Positions 49,151 through 63,700 of a stretch of DNA of 64,000 nucleotides are shown here, in pieces; the stretch's first letter is position 1; the number at the start of each line of letters is the position of its first letter. The position numbers and the translations under genes are program-made. This DNA comes from Nageia nagi (lineage: Eukaryota > Plantae > Pinophyta), in NCBI GenBank assembly GCA_050084985.1, contig JBITNC010000002.1, positions 37,572,001 to 37,636,000 on the forward strand, in the 5' to 3' direction. The notes beneath the pieces were generated by a model. That model saw nothing but the letters and a program-made list of their open reading frames with translations. It searched no databases and was not told the DNA's origin.

Positions 49151-50599
49151 AAAGAACCCCAACTAGCATATCTTAAACAAATTATATTTATATTTAAAAT
49201 TTAAATATTCATTCAATTTTCATATCAACTTTCATACAATGTAGAAAATACTATGTACATGAATAAAACTATACGCATTGAAAACCATTAGAGTTGAATA
49301 TTGGTTTATGTAAATAGATAGAAACTTAGACTCATGTTGTAATGAACACTATAGAATGAAGCTTTTATAGAAATGTATTGCACTCTTTTGTTGTAATCAA
49401 AAGGTAAAAAATAATACTTTTTAAAAACTATTTAGAAATTATTACAAACATGAAACTTGCAAACATAACCTTTTACACAAATATTTCATTCTATAGCTTC
49501 AAATAAGCATATGTAGTCACCTTTACATTTTTATATAAAGGACATTTTTTAGATAAAGAATAATATTCATAAACATATTTTTGAAGAACTATCAAGAGAT
49601 GGTTTAATAAACCATTTCTATAGTTTAACTTCTACAAACTTGCATAACCATAAAGAAAATCTATAAATAGAAACATAGTTATATAATGACATACTATATA
49701 CACACCCTTTTAAGAATATCTCATGATATTATGTTGCTTAGCTTCGATATTAATCCAAAGAACCTAGTAGAAGTTATGATATTTAATAAGGTTAATAAAA
49801 AGCTACTTTAACCACAATACTAATAATATTTCTTTTATAATAATAGTAAATATAATAACATTCACATAAGTATAACATAATTTTTAGAGTAGTAGAACTA
49901 TGTGTTGTTCACCTTTAGAAACATCCAATTAGAACTATAGATTCTATTAACTCCATATATAATAAGCTCTCATAAAATGCTCATATAAAGTCATTACACA
50001 CTTCGTAAGTTCTCTTAAGAGAAGAATGCTATCACACAATTTTACATGGTAACCTTCTTCTCAATAATTTATCAATAATACAATACCATTCTAATATTGA
50101 TATAATTTTGATACTATATATTACACTCCAAATATTTGATACATAGATCTTCATTTCACCTTTTTGTCCACTCAAGATCATAGTTTCACATGTGGTGTGT
50201 GTACCCATAGGATTGGTCCATGCTCATTTAATGATGACATCTCATCTCCATGCCTTTGCACCTAAAAAGCACTTATTGCATCATATCATATTTACATTTT
50301 ATCCATGGGTTGATTTATTAATCCTCACATATATATAATATAAATTTTTTATTTAAATCAATAACCAATAATTTATTAAAATAATCATAAGATTATATAC
50401 GATAGGGAGGATGGGTCAACTATGATCTCACATGGGGATCAAACTTGATGTATCACTTGCATGGGGTGACATGTGGGGAGTAATGTCCTACAATGCCACC
50501 ATAGTTTTGGCATGAATTAAAGTGTAGGGAACCATTTCTTGAAAGATCACATGGATGGACATGATTAGAAATTCAAGGTGGTGGAGGAAATTTACTACA

Positions 50600-51510
50600 A
50601 GGATGGTAACTTTCCATTCCATTTGGATGTTTAGATTTTCTTAGTGCATGACTAGGTAGAAGAGGCTTGAGCTTGAAAATGGAGATGTTTTCAAAGAAGA
50701 TCCAATCATTCAAAGAATTATGTGTAATGGAAGTATTAGGGGTTTCATTAAAGCCTTTAATGGTTACAACCAAAAGTGGTCCCATCAAGTTGTTTAGTCA
50801 TGGGATGAGGGGAGGGTGAGCATAAAAGGAACCCAATTTCTTATTAATGCAGAGCTCATATAAGCAGCTATAAGGATGCAAAATGTTAGGGTTAAGAATT
50901 ATAGGGATATTTGTGCTTCCCTAAATTATGTATGTACTTTTATAGACATTGAGGAACCAATTCTAAGTGAAAGAAGGTCTACCTACCTCGTAAACTCAAT
51001 TTCCTATCATTGGAATGAAGTGGCTATGTTGCTTATAAAAATTTTCATCTTTAAGGGTTGGTACATAAAAAATATGGTTATCGCTTTTTCTTGCTATCTC
51101 ACTTCAAGGGTAGATTTGAAGTCAACTTGCCCTATTTCCTATTTCATTATCTTAATATCTACATTTGGAGAAATAAGGGATGTATTTTTATCCATAAGGG
51201 GTTTATTAAAATTATGATCAATTTTGTGAGAATAAGTACTAGATTGGTTGTTCCCTTATGATACATTGCTATAGATTCTTCTCCTTTGAAGAATCATCCC
51301 CTTCCCATGTTTCATCCCCATATCCTCTTTCTCCTTCCCCTCGCTTGACTTCCCCTCCTCCCTCTTCTCCCTTCACTCCACCATCCTCACCCCTTGTTAT
51401 CAACTTGTCCTCTTATGAGTCCTCGAATCTTATGGGTAGCTCAACTTCATACACTTCTCTACCTTTAAATAAGGAGGAGGTGATCTTCAAAGGTAAAAGT
51501 CATAATAAAT
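50600..51510 (+). pseudogene. Second decayed TE accessory ORF (Transposase_32/PMD-like) with a Pro/Ser-rich tail
   Basis: GTQFLINAELI, WNEVAMLLIKIF, YGYRFFLLSHFKGRFEVNLPYFLFHYL, HKGFIKIM; motif resemblance only. Confidence 0.45.
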
Positions 51511-54029
51511 AATGGATTTTTTTTGGATTTGAGGCATATACCAAGTTACAAATCAAGGGGTGCTCAAAGTTGGTTAAAGTTCAAAGTAAAAAGTGCCCCT
51601 TAAGGCCAAATAGAAAAGGTAAATTTTGTTTCATTTCAAGTGAGCATATTTGATCAAATGTAAAGAGTGGTTGATGACTAAAGCTATTAGGAAGGATACA
51701 AGAGCCCATTTGGATGATGTGTATGGTATGAGAAAAATGAGAGGTAAGAAATAGGCAATCTCTATCACTGCTACAAAATATGATATCCTCTGTTGTGTAA
51801 TAGTTCAGAAGAAACATAAATTTGTAAAAGTTTAAATGGATGTGTTATGATTATTCTTGGAATTAAGTGTGTTTATACCAACTATTATCAAAAATAGTGA
51901 ATTAAATATGGATTACCTTGTAAGAGAACTAGATATAGATGGAAATCTTGGTGACCATCAATAAAGAAATTATGGTGAAGGCTTGCCCAAGTCTCTTAAG
52001 ACTCCTAGTGGTACTTGTAAGGAATTTACTCTTAGTAAACATCATTAAGAATCCTTTCACAAAGGGAAAGTTCATGTTACTAGAGATGTTTTAGAGATTG
52101 TGCATTTAGGTTTATCAGTGATGAAATTAAAGGATTGAATAACCAAGATCACCTTGAAGGATTCCATAAATCTTCAACAACAAAAACATAATTTCATACA
52201 TAATGAGAACACATAAGTATAGTGTTTCCTCCATCTATGGGAGTGCATCCACTTTAAAGGTATCCTTGTCTTAAATTCTCTCAAGAAATATGTACATAAA
52301 TGGATAATTAAACCAATTCTCTCCATAGCATGCAAGCATGCTCTAAGAACTTCTTAGCTTAGCTTCACATTACTCCTAATAACTTCTATACACTACTAAC
52401 TTCCTTTCATTTCTTCATAGCATGAGTTCCTTATATATAAATCATAACTAACCTTAGGTAGTTAACAAACCTAACTATAAATGGTTAGTTAACCATGATT
52501 TAGTAATATAAAATTGCTTACTCAATATTTTATGTTGAATGGATAACACTATTCCACCCATTATGCATGAACCTCTTTATCACATAATGAGCAACATTAT
52601 TTGGGTATTAATATGCATAAGCATATTAATTTAGACATGCCCTAAATAACATTATTAGTTCCAACATCTCCCCTTAATGTTATTTTGGAAATGTAAAGAA
52701 AAAATAATAATTTTTACAATAATAACTAAAGAGGTTTTACTCATGCTAATAAGTGTACATATAGCGAAAAAAGGCTTACAATCTCTGAGTGAAGAGAAAG
52801 GAGACCTTTTGAGACTTTGTACAAATGAGAGATGGTTGAAGATATAAATACCAAAATCCAAGAAGTCTCAAAGTTGCTAACACAACTAACCTACAATCTT
52901 TAGAGGAAAGTTACAAGCTACAAGTAGCTCATAAACAAGATCAGTTAAAGGCATCATACATTTATTCATATCAACATAAATGAATCAAATAATAATATCC
53001 ATACATTGATTAAATGGTGCATACAAATATGCCAAGAAATCACATATGCACAACATCAAAGATGACATATATCATCAACTATGATATCTAATAATATCAC
53101 ATGTGCATACTAAATATAATACGTGCACTAAAAAAATGTATATCATACATAAGCATGTATATCAATGATATATTAATATCCAAATGGTGTACAATATCAA
53201 ACGCACTATCAACCAAGTGATACCAGTGCACTATCAAATAAGGATATATGACATATCCATAAGTGCACCAATAAAATATGCACAACATCATCACTAATCA
53301 CAAAAAAATAAATTGACTTTTATTTTATTTATGTTTGGTTTTGGTATGAATGTATCATCATATTATACCATTTTTCTCTTCCTTGATGACAACTTCACCT
53401 ATCAAATAATGATACTCACCTACTGTATAAAAATATATGTTGATCATCATCAAGAAATAGAGCATAAGCACATACAAGTTCATCACATATGGATAACTAA
53501 ATAGTGCCAAAATGCACATATTGACAATTGAAATTATGCTAGCAAAAGCCAAAATGTACCACTAGTTCTAGAACAAACTAACCATAAAGGTGTACATAGA
53601 TATCAACACTATACAACAAATACTCATGTGAACATAACACAAACACTAAAATACCAACTTGACAATACAACCAAGTCAAGGTTTACAAGGCATAGCAACT
53701 TGACTATATCACCAAGTCAAGATTTTAAAGCCATAAAAAAATGCCAATGTGATAAAAAAATATCATAGGCAAGGAATAAGCCACATGAAACAAATGCATA
53801 AGTTCTTATCTATTTAAAAACATGTTGATTATTAGATTTAAGTTCTCATTCAACAATATTGTAGTATAGATGAAGAACAAATCACAACAAGCAAATTTGA
53901 CTATGCCATTAGTCAAGATGCACAAGCCACAAAATACCTACTTGACTATGCTCTTAGTCAAGATGCATATGTTAGAATTTGGTAGCATTATCCATCAACA
54001 TAGATTTAAATTCCATCAAAAGATTGCAA

Positions 54030-54320
54030 TTATGGAGAAGGGAAAACCTTTTTAACCACTTCAACAATTGACAATCATGGACAAGGGTGAACCTTTTTAA
54101 CCACTCCAACAATGTAGTCATGGAGAAGGGAAAACCTTTTTAACCACTCCATCCACTACAACTTGCTAACATTAAAATAGCAAGATGAAAAACAATCCAT
54201 CAACATGGATATAAGTTTTCAACATGGAAGCAAAAATGTGGAAAATAATAACTTCCCAACATGGAAGTAAAAATGTGGCAAACAATCCATTAACATGGAT
54301 ATAACTTTCCAACACGTAAG
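54030..54320. repeat. Two short tandem arrays inside the non-autonomous element
   Basis: ATGGAGAAGGGAAAACCTTTTTAACCACT-like unit x3; CAACATGGA...AAAAATGTGG repeats. Confidence 0.75.
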
Positions 54321-55254
54321 TAAAAATATGAAAAATAGTTCACTATAAGTCATTATGAATATGCCAATCCAATACTTATAGTCACTTGTTGTATACACAA
54401 TACAACAACCCTCCTAAGGATGAAGTAATCATGACAAGAATTCATACTTCAATCCTTCTTGAGGTTGACTTTACCAACCCAAACGATTAGGGTCTAGGTA
54501 AAAAATATCAACGAAGTTCTAGTTTGATGGATAATAACAAATAGTTCTATCCAAAATTTACTTCTTGATAAAACATGCTTGGATTTTATAATACTCCCCC
54601 TTAAGAGTAACTCCACTAATAATTGAAGCATAAGCTCTACAAAAGTAGAGAGAAACATACACTTCCCAATGGTACTTGTACACTTCCTTTTCAAACAAGA
54701 ATGTGGGTATAAGAATAATCATCACACATTAAATTATGATTAATTTTTTAAATATGATATTCTTCTTAAGGGTTAAATCCACAAATTATCATACTATTAT
54801 ATTAAATTTTGCATATATATATTGTGCCAAAAATGCTTTGTATGGTAAAACATCACCTTCCCAAAATTGCTTAACAATTGTAAAGGCTTAAATTTTAAAA
54901 AAATTACCATAAATATCCACAAATTCTCAAAATTATTAGCTTACAATATTTTATCTCAAATGTCAATATAGAGTATTGACACAAACTATTTATAGTGGCA
55001 TTTATCCAAAAATAAATAGGCATAAACTTCCAACCATGGAAGGCACTATTCCATGTGCACAAAATTACATATATTGTCAATTTGCAAAAGATCCAAAATA
55101 TTATTACTAATGCCATAAGATTAAGTACCAATCTATTTAAGGCAAAATATCATAATGCCACTAAATATTTATACTTAACAAAGCATATATTTCAATCCAT
55201 GCAAGCAATATTTATTTTGATCAAGAAAGGGAAAATATTCTCATTTATCCAAAA

Positions 55255-55566
55255 TAATTAAGGAGAAAAAATTAATTATCACCACTCCTTAATAATTAGG
55301 AGAAACTAATTACCACCACTCCTTAATAATTTATGAGAAATTAATTAATTATCATCACTCCTTAATAATCACTCCTTAATAATTAGGAGAAATTAATTAA
55401 TTACCACCACTCCTTAATAATTAGGAGGAATTAATTAATTACCAACACTCTTTAATAATTAGGAGGAATTAATTAATTAAAAGCACTCCTTAATAACTAG
55501 GAAGAATTAATTAATTACCACCACTCCTTAATAATTAGGAGAAATTAATTAATTACCACCAATCCT
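55255..55566. repeat. ~38-bp minisatellite, ~8 copies, internally palindromic
   Basis: Unit TAATTAGGAGAAATTAATTAATTACCACCACTCCTTAA. Confidence 0.9.
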
Positions 55567-58049
55567 TCCTAAAAAAATATTATAGTGGCATAGTTAAAAA
55601 ATTAAAGTTCGTAGGTGGTAATGTGGGACAAGGTTCAACCATATGGCATTAAAAAAATGCTAATTAAAGTTCTATTGAAAAAAATGTCCAAGTTTGAACA
55701 TTATGCCACCTTCCTCCATGTGCAATAAAAAAATATAGCCTCCATCCATTTTCAAATTAAAAAAATACATTATTTTACCAAGTGCACTCCACTCACAAAA
55801 TTAGTTAATAATCAGTGCATTATTGCACCACATGTAATAAACATGCACTCCACAAAATAAACCTTCCTCCACTAACTAAAAAAAAAATTCTTAAAAAAAA
55901 ATGCTCCCTCCACTCACAACAAAAAATTAATTAATAAAAAGTGCTCCCTCCCACTTAAAATTGATTAACAATTTTTTCCTCCAATAATAAAAATTGCATT
56001 AAGAGATGAGCTAATCATAACCAAAAAAGAGAAGATTTGCAGGTTGCAAGGGCCACAAAACAACCAGTGGGAGGAAGAGCAATGAGAATGTCAAATTGCA
56101 TTACCTCACAAGGGGGTGCGGGCTCAAGGTCATCCACCCCATAGAGGGTCGTAGGCTAGTAGGTTGCACATTACACATTGTTGTGATACCAAATGATGGA
56201 ATTAAAGGATTCCATAACCAAGATCACCTTGAAGGATTCCATAAATCTTCAACATAAAAAACATAATCTCATGCATAATGAGAACACACAAGAAGTATAG
56301 TGGTTCCTCCATCTATAGGAGTACATCCACTCCTTCTCTTAAATTCCTTCAAGCAAAATGTACACAGATGGATCAGTCAACCAATTCTCTCCATAGCATC
56401 AAGCATAGCTTGCATGCTCTAAGAACTTCCTAGCTTAGCTTCACACTACTCCTACTAACTTCTAAACACTACTCCTCCTAACTTTTACACACTAAAAACT
56501 TCCTTCCATTTCTTCATATCGTGAGTTCCTTATATAGGACTCATAACTAACCTTAGGTAGTTAACAAACCTAACCATAAATGATTGGTTAACCATGAGTT
56601 AGTAATATATAATTACTTAATATTTTATATTGAGTGGATAACAATATTCCACCCACTATGCATGAACCTCTTTATCACATAATGAGCAACATTATTTGGG
56701 TATTATATTAATTTAGACATGCCCTAAATAACATTATTAGTTCCAATAATGTGGTCCCATGATTATTTCTTCTACTGGTAGGGATAACTATATAATACTT
56801 TCATTGATGATCTTTCTATATATATGTGAGTATATTTCTTGAAACACAAAAATTAAGGTATTCCATGTCATTGAGGTCAATGTCATAATTGATAAGCAAT
56901 GCAGTGAACCTTTTATGACTTTAGAAATTGATAAATATGGTGACTATGTGAATCATAATTTTAAAGTTTTTTTTTTTTTAATTGTAAGCATGACATTGTA
57001 CATGAATCCATTGTTTCATATAGTACATCTCAATATAAAAAAATTACAAAATGGAGAATATACTTCTTATGAAAATGGCTTAATTTGTGATTCATGGTTG
57101 AATTATTAATTTATTGTTATGGGATAAAAGTAAAGAGGAATAGTCCTACGTAATCCATTATAGAAGATAGTATAAAGAGAAATGAAATGGAAGGAAATCA
57201 TATGTTGGCAACTTTAAGGTTTTTTGGTGTGATGTATGGACCCATGTCCCAAAGTAAAAAAAGGTTCAAAGTTGAGCCTAATAGTTGAACGTATAATTTT
57301 TTACTATGCAAAAAAGTATAAAGCTTATAATGTAGATAATCTTCATATTAGGGATGTGTACTCAAAGAGATGTTTAGTTTAATGAGGGTTTTGAGGCTAA
57401 ATTCTCTCATCCACATACAAAACTTATTAAGAATACTAAAAATATATATATTGCATATTTAAGGCATGGTAAAGATAAAATACCTATTTTATATTATTAT
57501 AAATATGATGATGTTATACCTTTGGTTTATGATGCTTCACTTAAATCTTATATTAAATTAGTAGTATGATAAGTTGGGAGTGTAAAACATTACCATTAAG
57601 GTAGGGTGTGCTTAAGCATTAATGGTCAGCTTTTCTATTTTACATTTACAATTTATCATATAATCCCTTAAGGGATATTAGGTTCAAATATTTTTTGGTA
57701 ATCAATATACCTAATATAATATTATTTTTAATATCATTTTAGTAGATGATTAATTATATCAACCTTAAGATTGAAAAGGGTTTATGGTGTTCGACTTGGA
57801 AAAAGTTGAAAACCCTATAATCTAGGGCATGCTTGGGTACTGAATACAAGCATAGTAGCCAGCCAAGGAAGGGACCTTTCCCTCCTCCCCAAACCCACCT
57901 ACCAAGATAAAATGATAAATCGCTCCTACTATGGGCCCATTCCTACCTCTTAAGAATGGCCTTTTTCGTACCCCTATATTAGATAACATATTAAATGATG
58001 CTTGATGCCTTCTTGCAACAAAGGAAACTCCAATTGTAAAAATCCAAAT

Positions 58050-58760
58050 ATTATAAATCAATCATGAAATAACAAATATTGAAGCTAAATATTTGATATG
58101 CCAATTTCTAGGCATTCAACCACATCTTCTTATCATCGAATCCTAGGTAAACAAGACTAGGAACCTAAATGGTGGAGTAAGTATAAGCCTATACTCCCAT
58201 GGCTATTTCTTAGATTTTTTAATTATAAAGAGGATAAGGATCTAATCTTCCAATATGGCCCTTGGGTTTTTCAAAAAGTTGGCTTATTCATGAAACCATG
58301 GCATATGAGATTCAAGCCTACAACATAGCTTCCATCTCCATCTCCTATTTAGATTTGCTTGCATGAGATTACTCTAAAAATTTTAAAGGAATATATTCTC
58401 AAATCTATTATAACTCCATAGGATCCTTCATATTTACCCCATATAGAATAGAAATATTCATAAACATCTCCTATATTAGAATCTATTTGAACCTTAGCCT
58501 TCTTCATCCCCTACTAGAATAAATCATCATCTAGGATGAGCTAGAAGATAGGACCATTTCTCTCAAAGATAGGACCATTTCTCAAATTCCATTATAGATA
58601 TTTTCATGAATATGGTCATATAGCAAGGAATTTCTCTATGCCCCCAAATTGAAGGAGACTACCATAGGTGAAGAGGATCAATTCCAACAACAAAAAAGAA
58701 AGCATACATAATGCAAAAAAATGGCCCATAATCAAGAGATTCAAAGCACCAATAGATTCT
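58050..58760 (+). mobile_element. L1 LINE ORF1 relic (DUF4283 and zinc knuckle)
   Basis: LICQFLG, HGYFL, EDKDLIFQYGPWVFQKVGLFMKPWHMRFKP, SIINSIGSF, FHEYGHIARN. Confidence 0.8.
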
Positions 58761-60736
58761 AATGCTTATAAACATAAGAGGAGCCCCTCTTTAAATCTTC
58801 CTCTTAATTAATAGCTCCCCATGTTCCTCCACACATCCTTTCCCTTGTCCCCCTATCCCTCCATCCTACCCCCAACCTAATCTTCCCCCCTCATCCATCA
58901 ACCCCAATCCATAGATATCCCTCTTACTGATCCTCAACCTCAAACCATGGATCTCCATATGGATGATGATCAGTCAAGGTAAACCTATAACCTTCTTAGC
59001 TTCATTTCATCTCTTCCAATCTTGATTTTAATCTTTAGCCCCAACCTTTAGAAATACCAAAATATTCTCTCTCTCCTCATCAAAGAATTTAAAAACAAAC
59101 CATTAGCCAAATATTATTGATGATTGGTTTCTACTTGTCCAATTGGATACTTTGCATCCCATTTCATTACCCATTTTATCAAGCTCACCATGCATACAAC
59201 AACACCCTACATAAATTTGAAAATATTTCCTGAGCAAATGAGGTTGTCTTGCAAGTTTTCATAATAGCTATGGATCCATTTAACAATATTCTTCTCGTTA
59301 TTGATGGGTATCTATTGATTATGGGGGCCAATTTGGTTTTTAATTTCTTTAATCTAAGACTAAATATATTCTTATTATACATTATTCTTTGTAAGCTATA
59401 GAAATTTTTTACATCCCAAAAAGAATTATACTGATCTTAAGCATATATATAATTAGTAGGTGACCTAACATATTTATTACATAAAATTTTATAAATAGGT
59501 CCTTAGGATTTTCCTTGCTACAAATACTTGGGTTCTCTTCATATTTATACTTTTAATAAATATATTATTTATTCAAGTTTTTAATGACATGATCTAACAA
59601 GCATTATATTCATTATTTTTACTCTTTTTTTTATGAAGAAGCCAAAAGTATATTTATAATAAAGCTTAATCATATAAAAAGGGGTTGGGTGGAATTAGCA
59701 CACACCATAAGCAAACTAACCCTAATGGTTTGGATATTAAAAAATAATGTCAATCATAAATATAAAAAATATAGTATCTAAAAAAGGCAACTAAACTACC
59801 ATAAAAACGTAATCATAAATGATTATGCATTGATGTAGGTAGGATAGAAGTTATCCTCCTTATCCATGTACTACCAATTGATATCAATATTAACTCGCAT
59901 ATGCCAATCATCATCAATATGGGTATCAAGTTCATTTTTTCCTTAAATCATTTACTCATTATGGGAAGATGACCCACAGGTGTAGTAGTGGTAGCCACAT
60001 TATCTCCCCATACTATGATAATTTTAGAAGACACATGACAAACATCCCAACTAGAGGAATGGCATGGTGAATTCTATCCACCAGTATGTAGATGCATTCA
60101 ACAATGGGGTGGTTGAGATAAATATTTATCAATATAATTATGAGGAGGATGCAGAGGGGCATCTTCAGAAGACCTAAACTATGACCTGGAGAAACTTCAT
60201 GAGAAATTAGGTGAAACTCAACTTACAATGCAAGGTGCATTGCCCCAATACTCCATCAAGCTCTAGAGGTGCTGGAGCTCAACATTTACTTTCTCCAAAT
60301 GGAAAAAAATCTACAACTAAAAATCATTGAAAATAACATATATATCAATAAGAGAGAATGAACTTGAACATCTTATGAATCAAATGTTACCTTGTTATAT
60401 GTTTTCCATAAATGAAAAAGTGTATTGATTCTAAAGATGTTTCAAACTTCATACAGGACATCAAAAAATTCAATGGGGTCCCCCAACAAAGCACAGGGAT
60501 ATGAAAAGGCATTATTTATATAATTATTAAAGAAGGAGAGAATCCAATCCCACATAAGCACAACTCTTTGGCAAGTCCATAAGGGATACAAAAAGTCTTC
60601 AAAATGACCATAAAAGAGATGTAGGGTTCTCAACCCCCAAATATATATGTCTTTTGACAATATGTAACCCTTAGTGAAGAATTCTCCAAGCAAAAAATTC
60701 TTATTTTGGCTCAATATAAGAAGCCCAAACCGTATT

Positions 60737-63700
60737 TGAAGAAATTAACCCTTTCTGAATAAACTTCTAATCTCCTAAGATCTCAAGAAGGCACTTTTAA
60801 CATCAACACAATAACATAATAACTAAAACCAATTACACAAGATATAAAGTGGTTCCTCCCTCCTTGGGAGTACATCCATTAACTAAGATCTTATTCTCAA
60901 GGACCTCTCTTACAAAATCTCTTCTCTCTCACACACTCTAAACCTATAGCAAAACTTGCATTACAATTGTGTAACTAGAGAAGGGGAGGGTTCCTCTCTT
61001 TTTATAAGAAGAAAACCACTTTATAATTAATCCCTTTTCTATTTTTAATCCTTTACCTATTTTTAAACTCATACATATTTTTAATCCTTCTCCTATTTTT
61101 ATTCCCTTAATACTTTAAGTATTAAATGAATTTATAGTAAGAAGAAATATTACACAATATTACATTATAAATTTTAACACTCCCCCTTAATGTAATATTG
61201 GGATAGAACATAGAGAGAAGAAGAAAGATAGAGTAAGAAAGAGTTCTCCTCCAAAGAGATGCAAGAGGAGATGAGAACTTTTACATCATTGAGAAATAAG
61301 CAAGATCTTAGTTTGAGACTCATTACAATACCATTTAACAAAATGGTTTACAATACAATCATTAACCATAACTGGTTTCACTGTAAATGTAGTCGATCAA
61401 CACTAAGTTGACATATGAACCTCCATGAGCCTACCCACACGAAGTAACTTGTACTCTCAAGATGAAAGTTGCAAGCTACAAGTAGCTCATAAATAAGATC
61501 AATTAGATGCATCATATAACATTCATATCAATCATAAGATAAATGAACTAAGTAATGCCATCTATAAACTGATCAATGATGCACTATAAGTCATCATGAA
61601 GATGCCAAGCCAATACTTATAATCATCTACTATATATAGAAACATGTGTTGATCAATAACAAAAAAGTATATGCGCATATATAAGTTACTCACATATTGT
61701 TAACCAAATAGTGCTAACAAACACATACTAATTCCTCTTATAGTGATAACAAAATAAAATGTACCATGAGTTCCTCACATAGAGTGAACTAACCATGAAG
61801 GTGTACATGTAGATCAACACTATATAGCAAAAAGGAGCCTCCTAAGGATGATGTTATCATCACCAACATGAATTCAACCTTCACTCCCCCTTGAGGACAA
61901 CTTCACTACCATAAGAAACTTTTAAAGTATGCACAACAAAGTTTTTAAGGTGGTTAGTGAATAAATCAGAAGAGACAAAGTTAAATGAATAGAGCTGTAA
62001 TTATTGCATTAAGAACTTTCTCCCTAATATAATGTGCTTGGATTTGAGGTACATTATAAGTCATCACTAAGATGCCAAGCCCATACTTATAGTTACCAAA
62101 CAAAAAAATGCATAAATAAAGTATACAAACCAAATAAAAGTTCAATAAATTTATTAAGAAGGAAGAAATTACAATGGATTCAATAAGAATTCAACATTTA
62201 CTCCCTTTTTAAGGGCAACTTCACCAACCTAATAGACTCCCTAAGCTTATAGAATTAAGCTTCAAGAAGGGGTTTGGTGAATAAATCAATAGAGTTTAGG
62301 GTTGATGGACAAAACTATAAGTGTAGAAGACCATCCAGAACCTTCTCTTTAATGAAGTGGGCTTGAATTTTTACATGCTTTATTCTTTGATGAAAAATAT
62401 GATTTTTTTCCAAAGTAATAGTTGACTAATTATCTAAAGAAATTTGAGATGTATGAACTCATTCGTACCTTATTTCTTTCAGAATATATTTCAACCAAAT
62501 GGCTTCCTAGGCTTCAATTGAAATTGCATGATATTCAGCCTCAATGGTAGAGAAAGTAGTATTAGGTTGCTTCTTGGAAGCCCAAGATATAGCACCTAAA
62601 CCAATGCTAAACATATAAGCAAAAGTTGATTTCTAATCATCTCTATCTCTTCCATAGTTAGATTCTAAGAATCCTAAGAGAATAAATGAGGGAAACTTGT
62701 CATACTTAAGAGCAAGATCCTTAGTGCCTGCTACATACCTCAAAATTTGCTTAACAACATTGAAGTGCACAACATATGGCTTTTGCATAAATTGATCCAT
62801 CAAATTCATGGCAAAAGCAATATCTATCCTAGATATAGTTAAATAAAGAAGACTACCAATTAGTTATCTATAAGCCATAGCATCTACCAACTAAGAGTTG
62901 GAATTAAGAGACAAAGTGATTCTAGGAGAGACTTGGATTGCAGCATGCTTACACTCCTCCATTCCAAAATTTTGTAAGATATATAAGATATAATTTGATT
63001 GATTAAGGTAAGTACAATCTTTATATTGGTACACTTGCATACCAAGGTAGTAGTGTAATAGACCAAGATTAGTCATTTCAAAAGTTACCTTAAGTTTGGA
63101 TATGTAGTCTTGTATGAGGACTATATTATTCCCTATAATCAATAGATAATCCACATTGAGAAGAATCAAGATCAAGTCTTGTCCTTGGTTGAACACATAA
63201 AGATTTGAATCAAAGAAGAATTTAGAAAATCTAATGTCCTCAAAGTATCCTAAAATCTTTTTATGCCAGGCCCTTAGTGCTTGCTTAAGTCCATACAAAG
63301 ACTTGTTTAACTTGCACATAAAAGATTCTTTACCTTTAGCAACAAACCCTTCTGGTTTATTCATGTATATTTCCACATCTAAGTCACCATTGAAAAAAGC
63401 ACTCTTGACATCAAGTTGAAAAACTTTCCATCCTTGAGCTACTGAAAGAGCAAGGATTACCCTAACAGTAGGCATCTTTGCCACTAAATCAAAGGTTTCC
63501 TCATAATCAATTCCATATTTTTGAGCAAAACCCATAGCTACTAACCTTACTTTGCCCAATTGACTTATATTTGATCTTATAAATCCATTTATTTCCAATC
63601 ACATTATGTTCATTAAGATAAGGAATCAAATCTCAAGTTTGATTCTTCATTAGAGCCTCATACTCCACATTCATTACATTCATCCACCACTCATGCTTTG

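Larger units (their letters stand above)
52119..56748 (-). mobile_element. Non-autonomous Copia-derived LTR element (LARD-like), ~4.6 kb
   Basis: Similar LTRs at 52119-52666 (3') and 56194-56748 (5'); PBS TGGTATCACAA at 56181-56191 (minus); PPT TTAAGGGGAGA at 52667-52677; non-coding interior except an RNase H tail relic at 54490-54590; degenerate TSD ATCAG/ATGTG. Confidence 0.88.
51950..57400 (+). mobile_element. Copia integrase relic split by the element at 52119-56748
   Basis: GLPKSLKTPSGTCKEFTLSKHH...LEIVHLGL before the insertion; CGPM...YIILFIDD...VYFLKHK...IDKYGDY after it. Confidence 0.8.

Noticed and set aside
60420-60720. Possible L1 zf-RVT fragment (LWTCQRVVLMWDW)
   Set aside because: Too short and degenerate to support without a search.
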